Part shown: positions 35,079-44,411 of the stretch, piece after piece
How positions within the stretch are numbered: position 1 is the stretch's first letter
Layout: the number at the start of each line of letters is the position of its first letter
DNA from: Fusobacteriaceae bacterium
Lineage (GTDB): Bacteria; Fusobacteriota; Fusobacteriia; Fusobacteriales; Fusobacteriaceae
Length of the DNA stretch: 64,000 nucleotides
Direction: 5' to 3'
Assembly (NCBI GenBank): GCA_051659505.1
Contig: JBOFOQ010000013.1
Coordinates: 4,732-68,731, forward strand
The notes under the pieces: model-generated
Database searches by the model: none
What the model saw: only the letters and a program-made list of their open reading frames with translations
Told to the model about the DNA's origin: nothing
Made by a program: the position numbers and the translations under genes

Positions 35079-36377
35079 TTAATCTATTTTTGTTAATTTT
35101 ATAATATAGAAACTATCTAAAACTTCCTCTGTATAATCTATTTGAAAACCACCAAATTCATCAAAAACTCCATTTACATTTTCTGGCATTGTTATTTCTA
35201 CACTTTTAAAATTTTTGTGTTCTTTTAAAAATTTAGCAATATTCATGGTATTCTCTTCTTCTGTTATTGTGCAAGTACTATAAACTAATTCTCCACCAAC
35301 TTTTAATATTTCAGCTCCAGCTTTTAATATTTCATACTGCAACTCTGCTAGTTCTAAAATGTTTTCTCTATTTTTATTATATAGTGCTTCTGGTTTTTTT
35401 CTCAATACGCCATAGCAAGAACAAGGGGCATCTATTAATATTTTATCAAATTTTTTACTTTGATGAACTAATTTTCTCGCATCCATTTTTATTGCTTTTA
35501 CAATAGTAGCCCCCATTTTGTTACAATTATCTTCTATTAATTTGAGCTTATGAGTATGAATATCAAAAGCTAGTATTTCACCTTTGTTTTCCATTATTTC
35601 TGCCATGGAAATAGCTTTTCCTCCTGGAGCACTACAGGCATCTACTACAGATTCCCCACTTTTAGGAGCTAAAATTTTTCCACACAAATACGATGAAGCA
35701 TCTTGAACTGTTATTTTCCCTTCTTTAAACTCTTGAGAGTTCAAAAGAACACCTGAATCCACATAATAGATACTTTCAACTTTTTTTAATATATTTATTT
35801 TATTTTCCACTAATAATTTTTCAAACTCTTCATCAGTATACTTAATTTTATTTACTCTAAAACTCATATATGGTACTTTTTTTATTGATAGTAAGAATTT
35901 TTTTGCATTTTCTTTATATTTATTTTTTGCAACTTCGTAAAACCAAAGTGGACAAGAGTATAAAACGTCTAACTTTCCTTCTTTTTTCAGTTCTAATATA
36001 TCAGAGTCTTTTTCTCTTATATATGCTCTTAGAACACCATTTACGAATTTTCCAACAGGAACTCCATATTTTTTCTTTGCCAGTTCAGAACCTTCCCAAA
36101 CAACACCTTTATCGTCACTATCCATATATGTTAATTGATATAACGATATTCTTAAAAGTTCTTTTAACCAATCTTTTTTTATAGATTTTACTCTTTTATT
36201 TATTTCGTAATCTATAAAAATCTCGTTTCTTATTACACCGTAAAATACTTCAGTAATAAACCCTTTTTCCCCATTTGTAAAATTATTTTTTTTAAAAAAT
36301 TCACCAAGTAGTATATTTGAATATTTACCCGACCTGTACTCTCTTAATATCTCTATCGCCTTTAATTTTATACTCAT
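35079..36377 (-). CDS. rsmB: 16S rRNA (cytosine967-C5)-methyltransferase
   Basis: 432 aa with an N-terminal NusB-like domain, DACSAPGGK, DAPCS and YSTCT motifs. Confidence 0.85.
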   Translation of the reverse strand: MSIKLKAIEILREYRSGKYSNILLGEFFKKNNFTNGEKGFITEVFYGVIRNEIFIDYEINKRVKSIKKDWLKELLRISLYQLTYMDSDDKGVVWEGSELAKKKYGVPVGKFVNGVLRAYIREKDSDILELKKEGKLDVLYSCPLWFYEVAKNKYKENAKKFLLSIKKVPYMSFRVNKIKYTDEEFEKLLVENKINILKKVESIYYVDSGVLLNSQEFKEGKITVQDASSYLCGKILAPKSGESVVDACSAPGGKAISMAEIMENKGEILAFDIHTHKLKLIEDNCNKMGATIVKAIKMDARKLVHQSKKFDKILIDAPCSCYGVLRKKPEALYNKNRENILELAELQYEILKAGAEILKVGGELVYSTCTITEEENTMNIAKFLKEHKNFKSVEITMPENVNGVFDEFGGFQIDYTEEVLDSFYIIKLTKID

Positions 36378-36413
36378 TATTAAACGTCTCCCCTTTGTAT
36401 AATTCTTCTTTTT

Positions 36414-37403
36414 TTAAAGTACTTTATATAGTTCATCGCTTTCAGGCTCTTCAATTAAAGTTTTTTCTCCAATTGAATTTATCATTAGCTTTTCTTTATT
36501 TTCAGTTAATACTCCTATAAAATAACTTTCAATATTATTTTCAGAGTATTTTTTTTTAAGTTCTTCCAAATCTTTTTTTTCTACTAAAATTAGCATAGTA
36601 CCACTTGAAATTAATCTCAAAGGATTTATTTTATAGTAATTTGAGATCTCTCTAGTTTCTTTAGAAATATATATTTTCTCTTCATAAATTTCAGCTCCAA
36701 ATCCACAAAATTCACAGAGTTCCCATATTGCACCTAATAGTCCACCTTCAGTAGCATCATGCATACTCTTAGCTAATTTTTTTCCTAATATTCCATCTTT
36801 TACTACACTTGTATGTTGTAAATTATCTTTCGCTTTATCTACAAAGTCTTTTCCAAATTTTTCTGTTAACTCATATTCTTTTTCACTTGCAATTATTCCT
36901 GTTCCCTCTATTCCAACCCCTTTGGTTATTAAAAAACAATCTCCTGCTTTTATCTTATTTTGCAATTTCAATTCTTTTTTTTCCCCAATTCCAATAGCAG
37001 TTACAGAAATTATTATCCTATTTACTGCATCTGTAATCTCAGTATGACCTCCTAATATTGACATATTAAGTTTATCACACTCATCTTGAGCTTCTTTTAT
37101 TATTTTTTCTAACTCATTTTTTTTAGTGTTCGGCGGTGCTAAAATTGTCAACATTATCCCTAAGGGGGCTGTTCCTGATGTAGCTATATCATTAGCATTT
37201 ATATTTACCCCTAACTTTCCGATCTCTTTTGTAGAACCAGTTATAGGATCTGAAGATAAATATATTAGTTTCTCTCCCTTGCACTCTATAATAGCACAAT
37301 CTCCTCCAATTTCAGGGTTAGTTAAAACCTCTTCACGATTATTTCTTATATTATCTAAAATAAGGGATTTTAAATCTGAAATATTTAATTTTCCAATTTT
37401 CAA
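36414..37403 (-). CDS. AIR synthase-related (PurM/ThiL/HypE-fold) protein
   Basis: Has GGDCAII, SSDPITG and LGGHTE motifs of the PurM superfamily, at 329 aa. Confidence 0.7.
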   Translation of the reverse strand: MKIGKLNISDLKSLILDNIRNNREEVLTNPEIGGDCAIIECKGEKLIYLSSDPITGSTKEIGKLGVNINANDIATSGTAPLGIMLTILAPPNTKKNELEKIIKEAQDECDKLNMSILGGHTEITDAVNRIIISVTAIGIGEKKELKLQNKIKAGDCFLITKGVGIEGTGIIASEKEYELTEKFGKDFVDKAKDNLQHTSVVKDGILGKKLAKSMHDATEGGLLGAIWELCEFCGFGAEIYEEKIYISKETREISNYYKINPLRLISSGTMLILVEKKDLEELKKKYSENNIESYFIGVLTENKEKLMINSIGEKTLIEEPESDELYKVL

Positions 37404-37497
37404 TTTTTATTCACCTTCTTATATTTTTTCTTCTTCTTTTATAATTATACTAATTTTTATTGTTTTTTTCAATGTTTATTACGTAAAGAAAAATTAC

Positions 37498-37526
37498 TTG
37501 ACACTTTTTATATTTTGATATATACT
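37498..37526 (+). promoter_or_regulatory. Promoter of rpsP
   Basis: TTGACA-N17-TATACT, about 40 nt upstream of the rpsP start. Confidence 0.5.
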
Positions 37527-37569
37527 AATCTAGTAATATAAAATTTAATTATTTAAGGAGTGATTAATA

Positions 37570-37833
37570 ATGTTAAAAATAAGATTAACTAGATTAGGAG
37601 CAAAAAAGAGACCTGTATACAGAATAGTAGCTATGGAAGCTTTAACTAAAAGAGATGGAAAAGCTTTTGCTCAATTAGGAAACTATTTCCCATTAGAAGA
37701 TTCAAAAGTAGTTTTAAAAGAGGAAGAAATCATCAAATTACTTTTAAATGGTGCTCAACCTACTAGAACAGTAAAATCTATATTAGATAAAGCTGGAGTA
37801 TGGGCTAAGTTTGAAGCAGCTAAAAAAAATTAA
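37570..37833 (+). CDS. rpsP: 30S ribosomal protein S16
   Basis: MLKIRLTRLGAKKRPVYRIVA is the canonical S16 N-terminus. An AAGGAG RBS is present. Confidence 0.95.
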   Translation: MLKIRLTRLGAKKRPVYRIVAMEALTKRDGKAFAQLGNYFPLEDSKVVLKEEEIIKLLLNGAQPTRTVKSILDKAGVWAKFEAAKKN

Positions 37834-37854
37834 TTAATTTTTTTAATAAAAATT

Positions 37855-37890
37855 AAGGTTTAATCATTTGGGTATGGTTAAGCCTTTTTT
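37855..37890 (+). terminator. Rho-independent terminator after rpsP
   Basis: A 9-bp stem, aaggtttaa / ttaagcctt (one G-U pair), followed by T6. Confidence 0.55.
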
Positions 37891-37916
37891 ATTATATTTT
37901 CATAATATATGTTCCC

Positions 37917-37945
37917 TTGACACTTTAGCATATATTTACTATAAT
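37917..37945 (+). promoter_or_regulatory. Consensus promoter of ylxM-ffh
   Basis: TTGACA-N17-TATAAT, perfect in both hexamers. Confidence 0.6.
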
Positions 37946-37974
37946 AAATAAGAATATAGGAAGTAGGTGACCTT

Positions 37975-38286
37975 GTGGAATTAAATGAATTATTAGAAAT
38001 ATCTGTTCTTTTAAACTATTATAAAAATTTATTAAGTGATAAGCAAAAAGATTATTTAATTGACTATTTAGAAGGTGATTTATCTCTTTCTGAAATAGCT
38101 AAAAACCATACTGTAAGTAGACAAGCTGTCTACGACAATATTAAAAGAGGTATAAAAATTCTTAATGATTATGAAAAAAATATTGGTTTTTATAAAAAAG
38201 AATGTGAAATAGAAAAAGAACTTAAAAACTTAAAAAAAGATTTAACTATAGAAAATATAGATAAAATATTAGAAAAAATGTTTTAA
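37975..38286 (+). CDS. ylxM: UPF0122 HTH protein YlxM
   Basis: 103 aa with a GTG start. Has LSDKQKDYL...LSLSEIAKNHTVSRQAVYDNIKR (sigma-70 region-4-like HTH). It is immediately upstream of ffh, which is the conserved arrangement. Confidence 0.8.
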   Translation: MELNELLEISVLLNYYKNLLSDKQKDYLIDYLEGDLSLSEIAKNHTVSRQAVYDNIKRGIKILNDYEKNIGFYKKECEIEKELKNLKKDLTIENIDKILEKMF

Positions 38287-38310
38287 ACTTATAATGAAGA
38301 GGTGAAATAG

Positions 38311-39672
38311 ATGTTAGAAAATTTAGGAAATAGATTTCAAAATATTTTTAAGAAAGTAAGGGGACATGGAAAATTAAGTGAAGCAAATGTTAAAGATGCT
38401 CTTAAGGAAGTTAAAATGTCCCTTCTTGAAGCTGATGTAAATTACAAAGTTGTAAAAGATTTTACCACTAAAATTTTAGAAAAATCACTTGGTGAAACTG
38501 TTCTCTCTGGTATTAATCCAGGTCAACAATTTATTAAAATAGTAAATGATGAATTAATTGAACTTCTTGGTGGAACTAATTCAAGACTTACTAAATCCCC
38601 TAAAAATCCAACTATAATTCTACTTGCAGGTCTTCAAGGAGCAGGAAAAACTACTTTTGCTGCAAAACTTGCTAATTTTTTAAAAAAACAAGGTGAAAAA
38701 CCTTATTTAGTTGCAGCTGACGTATACAGACCTGCTGCTATTAAGCAATTACAAGTTTTAGGTGAAAAAATTGGAGTTCCTGTTTATGCTGAAGAAAACT
38801 GTGGAAATCCTGTTGATATATGTGTAAATTCATTGGTTAAAGCCTTAGAATACGGGGCTACCTATGTTATTCTTGACACTGCTGGTAGACTTCACGTAGA
38901 CGAAACTCTTATGAACGAATTAAAAGAGATAAAAAAACTAACTAAACCTCAAGAGATTATATTAGTAGTAGATGCTATGATAGGTCAAGACGCTGTTAAT
39001 CTTGCACAGAATTTTAATGCTGCAATAAGTATTGACGGTGTAGTTTTAACTAAATTAGACGGTGATAGCAGAGGAGGTTCAGCTCTTTCTATTAAGTCTG
39101 TTGTTGGAAAGCCTATTAAATTTATTGGTACTGGGGAAAGAATTGAAGATATAGAACTTTTTCATCCTGAAAGATTAGCTTCTAGAATTTTAGGAATGGG
39201 AGATGTTATCTCTCTTGTTGAAAAAGCTCAAGAAGCAATAAGTGATGATGATGCAAAATCACTGGAAGAAAAAATTAGAACACAAAAATTTGATTTGGAA
39301 GATTTTAGAAAGCAACTTCAAATGATAAAAAAACTTGGACCTTTAAAAAATATATTAAAAATGATTCCTGGTGCTGGGGATATAGGAGATATTGCTCCTG
39401 CTGAAAAAGAGATGAAAAAAGTTGAAGCCATTATCCAATCTATGACAAAAAAAGAAAAGAAAAATCCTGAAATTTTAAAATCTAATAGAAAAATTAGAAT
39501 AGCTAAAGGTAGTGGAACAGAAGTATCTGATATTAATAAACTTTTAAAACAATTTGAGCAAATGAAGCAAATGATGAAAATGTTTGGTGGTGGAAAAATG
39601 CCAAATATGTCTGCTCTCTCTAAGGGAAGCATGCCAAATATGTCTATTCCTAAATTTGGAAAAAGACGTTAA
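38311..39672 (+). CDS. ffh: Signal recognition particle protein
   Basis: Has GLQGAGKTT, DTAGR and TKLDGD GTPase motifs and a Met-rich C-terminal M domain. Confidence 0.95.
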   Translation: MLENLGNRFQNIFKKVRGHGKLSEANVKDALKEVKMSLLEADVNYKVVKDFTTKILEKSLGETVLSGINPGQQFIKIVNDELIELLGGTNSRLTKSPKNPTIILLAGLQGAGKTTFAAKLANFLKKQGEKPYLVAADVYRPAAIKQLQVLGEKIGVPVYAEENCGNPVDICVNSLVKALEYGATYVILDTAGRLHVDETLMNELKEIKKLTKPQEIILVVDAMIGQDAVNLAQNFNAAISIDGVVLTKLDGDSRGGSALSIKSVVGKPIKFIGTGERIEDIELFHPERLASRILGMGDVISLVEKAQEAISDDDAKSLEEKIRTQKFDLEDFRKQLQMIKKLGPLKNILKMIPGAGDIGDIAPAEKEMKKVEAIIQSMTKKEKKNPEILKSNRKIRIAKGSGTEVSDINKLLKQFEQMKQMMKMFGGGKMPNMSALSKGSMPNMSIPKFGKRR

Positions 39673-39714
39673 TTTATATTATTTTTAATTAAAAGATGGT
39701 TAGAAGGTGATAAT

Positions 39715-40215
39715 TTGAAGAATAACCGTAATAAATTTAAATTTTTTATTTTTATTTTTGTACTTTTTTATTTTACAGGGTGTAGTTCTCTTAATAGTCA
39801 TGGAAAAAAAAGAGATTTAAACAGTAAGCTTTCTAGAAACTTTACTTTAAAAGAAGCTATTAAAACTGATATTCCTATATCTGATTCTATTTACAGTAAT
39901 TTAAAATATACTGCTAAAAGATTAGAAGACCTTCGTGATTTGCTAGGAGAACCTCTTGCTATAACTAGTTGGTACAGAAGTCCTAGCCACAATAGCTCTG
40001 TGGGAGGTGCCTCTCGTTCTGGTCACTTATCAGGGCTAGCTGTTGATTTTAGAAGTAGTCGTTCCCATGACCAACGATTAATTTTTAATAAAATAATAAA
40101 ATCTAAAATCTCATATGATATGATTATTTTTTATAAAAATCAAAATCGTATGCATATAGGGTTTAAAAGAGATAAAAGCAAGGAACAGCAACTTATTATG
40201 ACAAATGGATATTAA
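39715..40215 (+). CDS. Lipoprotein, peptidase M15 (LAS zinc-peptidase, YcbK/DUF882-like) family
   Basis: Lipobox FYFTGCSS. SRSGHLSGLAVDF and a later MHIGF fit the LAS-type H..D...H metal site. TTG start. Confidence 0.6.
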   Translation: MKNNRNKFKFFIFIFVLFYFTGCSSLNSHGKKRDLNSKLSRNFTLKEAIKTDIPISDSIYSNLKYTAKRLEDLRDLLGEPLAITSWYRSPSHNSSVGGASRSGHLSGLAVDFRSSRSHDQRLIFNKIIKSKISYDMIIFYKNQNRMHIGFKRDKSKEQQLIMTNGY

Positions 40216-40238
40216 AAAAGAGGCTTTGCCTCTTTTTT
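40214..40238. terminator. Bidirectional terminator
   Basis: aaaaagaggc-ttt-gcctctttttt, lying between convergent genes. Confidence 0.65.
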
Positions 40239-40243
40239 AATAA

Positions 40244-40885
40244 TTATAATTTTGAAAATATAGCTTGAACTTCTAAAACAACACCAAACAAAAATACTAA
40301 ACCACCACAAATTTTAACAACAAGTCCAATAGTTTTTTCCGTTATTTTTTCTCTTAAACTTCCCAATATAAAAGTTGTTACAAACCAAAGTAGAGAATCT
40401 CCTATAAACATTCCTAATATTAGCTTAATTGCAATATAATCACCTTTTATACTAAATATATCTAATCCTGTAAATATAGTTATTATTGTAACTACATTAA
40501 ATACATTTGGAAGGGATATAAAAAAAATATTTATATATTTTTTTTTCAAATTTTCACTTACTTCTATTTTTTCGAAACCTTCTTTTTTAAACAATTTTTT
40601 GTCTATTTTATTTTTTCCAAAAAGTTTTGTACTTCCTACTATCATTAAAAATATTCCGACTATTACCCTAAGTATAAAATCATGTGACACAATTAAATAA
40701 TTCACCTTCATTAATGTATAAAAAACTACAACACTGTATATAACATCAACTGTAACAGCTCCTAAAGCTGAATAAAAACCACTTTTTCTTCCCTCTTCTA
40801 TTGTTTTTCCCATACATAATATTCCAACAGGACCAAAAGGCATTCCCAATATTAATCCTGCTAATATAAATTTAAGTATTTCCAT
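40244..40885 (-). CDS. LysE/RhtB-family amino-acid exporter
   Basis: 213 aa with about six TM helices. The N-terminal GLILGMPFGPVG is typical of the LysE superfamily. Confidence 0.7.
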   Translation of the reverse strand: MEILKFILAGLILGMPFGPVGILCMGKTIEEGRKSGFYSALGAVTVDVIYSVVVFYTLMKVNYLIVSHDFILRVIVGIFLMIVGSTKLFGKNKIDKKLFKKEGFEKIEVSENLKKKYINIFFISLPNVFNVVTIITIFTGLDIFSIKGDYIAIKLILGMFIGDSLLWFVTTFILGSLREKITEKTIGLVVKICGGLVFLFGVVLEVQAIFSKL

Positions 40886-40930
40886 GCTTTAACTCCTCTG
40901 TTTTTTATTTTTAATTTGTTTAAAATATAA

Positions 40931-40952
40931 AAAAAAACACCTAATAAAGGTG
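40931..40952 (-). terminator. Weak terminator after the tRNA cluster
   Basis: The minus strand reads CACCT-TTATT-AGGTG followed by T7. The stem is only 5 bp. Confidence 0.35.
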
Positions 40953-40965
40953 CACAATTAATAAA

Positions 40966-41042
40966 TGGTGCCTAGAATAGGATTCGAACCTACGGCCGTC
41001 CGGGTATGAACCGAATGCTCTAGCCAACTGAGCTATCTAGGC
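40966..41042 (-). tRNA. tRNA-Met (CAT anticodon; elongator Met or lysidine-Ile2 cannot be told apart by eye)
   Basis: Hand-folded cloverleaf: acceptor GCCTAGA/TCTAGGC, D-arm GCTCAGTTGGCTAGAGC, anticodon loop TTCATAC, T-arm GGTTCGAATCC, with CCA encoded. Confidence 0.85.
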
Positions 41043-41047
41043 AAAAA

Positions 41048-41123
41048 TGGTGGAGACGAGCGGGATCGAACCGCTGACCTACGCAGTGCAAGTGCGTTGC
41101 TCTCCCAACTGAGCTACGTCCCC
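41048..41123 (-). tRNA. tRNA-Ala (TGC)
   Basis: GGGGACGTAGCTCAGTTGGGAGAGC..., anticodon loop CTTGCAC, G3:U70 present, T-arm GGTTCGATCC, with CCA encoded. Confidence 0.9.
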
Positions 41124-41133
41124 ATAATTAATA

Positions 41134-41208
41134 TGGTACCCCGTAGGGGAATTGAACCCCTGTTTACAGAGTGAAAATCTGTTGTCCTCACCACTGGACG
41201 AACGGGGC
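41134..41208 (-). tRNA. tRNA-Glu (TTC)
   Basis: GCCCCGTTCGTCCAGTGGTGAGGAC..., anticodon loop TTTTCAC, T-arm GGTTCAATTCC, with CCA encoded. Confidence 0.9.
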
Positions 41209-41215
41209 GATAGTT

Positions 41216-41291
<76 letters not shown>

Positions 41292-41302
41292 ACACAAGAA
41301 CT

Positions 41303-41331
41303 ATAATACCATTTTTTTACTTTTTTGTAAA
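41303..41331 (-). promoter_or_regulatory. Promoter of the tRNA operon
   Basis: The minus strand reads TTTACA-N17-TATTAT with an extended -10 (TGg). The -10 ends 11 nt before the tRNA-Gly 5' end. Confidence 0.5.
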
Positions 41332-41354
41332 GCATTTTTTATTTTTTGTATATT

Positions 41355-41402
41355 ATTTGCTTTTTTATTTGCTTTTTTATTTGCTTTTTTATTTACTTTT
41401 TT
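41355..41402. repeat. Four tandem 12-bp units (atttgctttttt x3 perfect, plus atttactttttt)
   Basis: Counted directly. On the minus strand these are phased A6 tracts, 24-71 nt upstream of the tRNA promoter -35. Confidence 0.9.
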
Positions 41403-41405
41403 CTT

Positions 41406-42905
41406 TTATCCTATTAAAGCTCCAAAAATTAAACCTGCACATGTTGTTAAAAATATAACAGTTAAGTATTTAGCTGAAAACTTTAACCATGTTACATAGT
41501 CTACTCTTACTAAAGCTAATCCGCCCATAACAACTGCAGAGGCTGGAGTTATTAAATTCATTATTCCTGACGCAGATTGAAACGCTGTTACTACAACACT
41601 TTTTGAAACTCCTGCAAAATCACCAAGTGGAGCAAGAATTGGCATTGTTAGTGTTGCAAGTCCTGATGTTGATGGAATTAAGAATCCCATAGGCATATAA
41701 AATAAATATGTGAATATAATAAACGGTATTTTTCCTAAATTTGTTAAATATGTTTCTCCTAAATGTAAAACTGTTGCTGTCATTCCTCCAGCCCCCATAA
41801 CAATTGTAATACCTCTTGAAAGTCCAACTATTAAGGCAACACCTAATATGTCTCTAGCTCCATCAATAAAAGTTGAAACTATTTCTTTTTCTTTCATTCC
41901 ATATATTTTTCCTATAATTACTGCCATAACTAAAAATAAAACCGTCATTTCACTAAACCACCAATCACCTAATGGAACTATTTCCCCTAATAAACTTCCT
42001 ACAACTGGAGTATTTTTTAATGCTGTTGCTGAATCTTTAAATATATTTATATTAAACTTATAGGCCCATGGAATTACACCTAAAATCATAGTTACAAATG
42101 TAAATGTAAACAATGTTAACACTAATTTTCTTTTAAATGTTAATTCTTTTTCTTCTTCACTTTTGGCAGCAGTTTTTCCTAGAAAAAACTCATAGTCTGC
42201 TTCTCTTGTTGAAAATACTACTGAATTTTTAGGATTTTCTTTCACTGATTTTGCATATTTCATTATCATCATGCTTACTAAGGCCAATTGAATTATTAAC
42301 ATTCCACCTCTTAAAAATATTCCGTCTCCAATGGAAATACCTGCAAATCCTGAAGCTATTCCCGTTGAAAAAGGATTTACTGTAGCATTTAAACATCCTA
42401 TTCCTGATCCTAATAAAATTGTTGCCATTGTTGTTATTGTATCAAACCCTGCAGCTAGCATAACAGGAGTTAAAATAGCATAAAATGCAACAGTTTCCTC
42501 TGCCATACCAAATGTTGTTCCTCCTAGTGCAAATACAACCATCATAATGGGTATCATTAATGTTTCATTTCCTTTAAATTTTTTAACAACTGCTGCTACT
42601 CCAGCATCTATAGCTCCTGTTTTCATTACTATTCCTAAAAAACCACCGATTATAAGAACAAATAAAGCTATATCTTGTGCATCTGAAAATCCTCTTACAG
42701 GTGCCATAATAACTTCCCATAACCCTTGTGGAGTTTTTGGTATAACTTCATAAGTTCCTGGTATAGGTTGCAATTTTGAAGCTGTAGCATCTACATATTT
42801 ATATGCACCTGCTGGTACTATCCATGTTAAAATTGCAACTAAGGCTATTAATAAAAATAATACTGTATACGAGCTTGGCATTTGAAATTTCTTTTTTTTT
42901 GACAT
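41406..42905 (-). CDS. YfcC/DcuC-superfamily anaerobic carrier (putative amino-acid/peptide or C4-dicarboxylate transporter)
   Basis: 499 aa, polytopic. The N-terminus KFQMPSSYTVLFLLIALVAILTWIVPAGAY is typical of YfcC-family proteins. Confidence 0.75.
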   Translation of the reverse strand: MSKKKKFQMPSSYTVLFLLIALVAILTWIVPAGAYKYVDATASKLQPIPGTYEVIPKTPQGLWEVIMAPVRGFSDAQDIALFVLIIGGFLGIVMKTGAIDAGVAAVVKKFKGNETLMIPIMMVVFALGGTTFGMAEETVAFYAILTPVMLAAGFDTITTMATILLGSGIGCLNATVNPFSTGIASGFAGISIGDGIFLRGGMLIIQLALVSMMIMKYAKSVKENPKNSVVFSTREADYEFFLGKTAAKSEEEKELTFKRKLVLTLFTFTFVTMILGVIPWAYKFNINIFKDSATALKNTPVVGSLLGEIVPLGDWWFSEMTVLFLVMAVIIGKIYGMKEKEIVSTFIDGARDILGVALIVGLSRGITIVMGAGGMTATVLHLGETYLTNLGKIPFIIFTYLFYMPMGFLIPSTSGLATLTMPILAPLGDFAGVSKSVVVTAFQSASGIMNLITPASAVVMGGLALVRVDYVTWLKFSAKYLTVIFLTTCAGLIFGALIG

Positions 42906-42928
42906 GTAATTCTCCTTTAGTTTAATTT

Positions 42929-43024
42929 AATTTTTTTTATCTTTAATTTTTTTTATCTTTAATTTTTTTTATCTTTAATTTTTTTTATCTTTAATTTTTT
43001 TTATCTTTAATTTTTTTTATCTTT
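42929..43024. repeat. Six perfect tandem copies of a 16-bp unit (aattttttttatcttt)
   Basis: Counted base by base. It fills nearly the whole 126-nt spacer between the pepV stop and the yfcC start. Confidence 0.95.
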
Positions 43025-43031
43025 AATATTG

Positions 43032-44378
43032 TTATTTAGCAAGTTCATAAATAGCTTTAGCATATATTACAAAAGCTCTGTCCATATCTCTTATTGCTAA
43101 ATTTTCATTTGGTTGATGCTCTGTTTTGTGTCCATCTGGAAATACTGCTCCAAATGCTACACAATTTTCCATTGACCTTGCATAGGTAGCTCCACCTGAA
43201 GATAGAGGTGTTGAATCAAAATCTGTCTCCTCTTCGTAAACTTTTCTAAGCGTTTTTATTAAGGTATGATCTAAAGGTACGTATAAAGATCTTAAAAAAT
43301 CTCTCTCTTCATACTGGAAACCATACTTTTTAATTACATTTTTTATTTTTTCAACAATCTCTTCTTTACTTATTGTAACTGGAATTCTAATATCAATACC
43401 TAATAAAGATTTTTCACTATTAATTTCAACTTTTCCTAAATTAAATTTTAATTTTCCAGAAGCTTCATCTTCTAAAACACCAAATATTTTTTCTGCATAA
43501 GGATCATTCCCTACATAATCATTTATAAAATCTAGAGACGGCGTAGATATTCCAGTATCTTTTAATGCTAGCATTAATAACTTTATTGCATTTATTCCTT
43601 CTTCTCCCACTGCAGCATGAACAGATTTTCCAAATACAGTTATTTCATCTCCATTTATTTCATATTTAGCTTTATTATTTTTTAATTTTTCCTCTACTTT
43701 TTTTGACTCTTTACTTTTATATTGAAATTTATCTGGTACAGCATTATATGCACCGCCACCATTTAGTTCTATACTTTCACCTTTTCCAACAGCATTAAAT
43801 TGTAACAGTCCTTTTTCTGCATAAATCATTGGAAATTTAGAGTCTGGAGTAAATCCCATAGATGGTTTTTCTTCTAATTCCATATATCTATTTATACATC
43901 TCCATAAATTTTCTTCATCTGTTCCAAATATAACTCTAACTCTTTTATTTAGTTCTAGTCCCATATTCATAATAGCTTTTATGGCATATAATGCTATTAC
44001 AGTAGGTCCTTTATCATCTTGTGTCCCTCTTCCGTAAAGTTTCCCATCTCTTTCTTCCATTTCAAAAGGTGGAGAATCCCACTTCTCTATATCCCCAGCT
44101 GGTACTACATCTAAATGACCTAATACTGCAATCATATCTTTTCCTGTTCCTATTTCAGCATAACCATAATATCCTTTAGTATCTTTATAAACTTTAAATC
44201 CTAATTCTTTGCATTTCTCTAACGCTTTATCTAAGCATGAGTCTATATTTTCTCCAAATGGTGTTTCCACAGCTTTTTCATCTAATACACTTGGAAATTT
44301 TACTAATTCCCCTATTGTTTTAATCATTTCAGGTTTTAACAACTCATACTCTTCTATAATTTTTTCTCTAATACTCAT
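43032..44378 (-). CDS. pepV: Dipeptidase PepV (M20 family)
   Basis: Has GHLDVVPAG, GRGTQDDKGP and FGTDEE motifs. I place the start at ATG 44378 (GGAGGGA RBS) rather than 44390. Confidence 0.8.
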   Translation of the reverse strand: MSIREKIIEEYELLKPEMIKTIGELVKFPSVLDEKAVETPFGENIDSCLDKALEKCKELGFKVYKDTKGYYGYAEIGTGKDMIAVLGHLDVVPAGDIEKWDSPPFEMEERDGKLYGRGTQDDKGPTVIALYAIKAIMNMGLELNKRVRVIFGTDEENLWRCINRYMELEEKPSMGFTPDSKFPMIYAEKGLLQFNAVGKGESIELNGGGAYNAVPDKFQYKSKESKKVEEKLKNNKAKYEINGDEITVFGKSVHAAVGEEGINAIKLLMLALKDTGISTPSLDFINDYVGNDPYAEKIFGVLEDEASGKLKFNLGKVEINSEKSLLGIDIRIPVTISKEEIVEKIKNVIKKYGFQYEERDFLRSLYVPLDHTLIKTLRKVYEEETDFDSTPLSSGGATYARSMENCVAFGAVFPDGHKTEHQPNENLAIRDMDRAFVIYAKAIYELAK

Positions 44379-44411
44379 AATTCCCTCCATTTTTTTTATT
44401 TTAGTAATTTT

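Noticed and set aside
42929-43024. Possible CRISPR array
   Set aside because: The 16-bp units are directly adjacent with no spacers, they are far shorter than CRISPR repeats, and no cas genes are present in the window.
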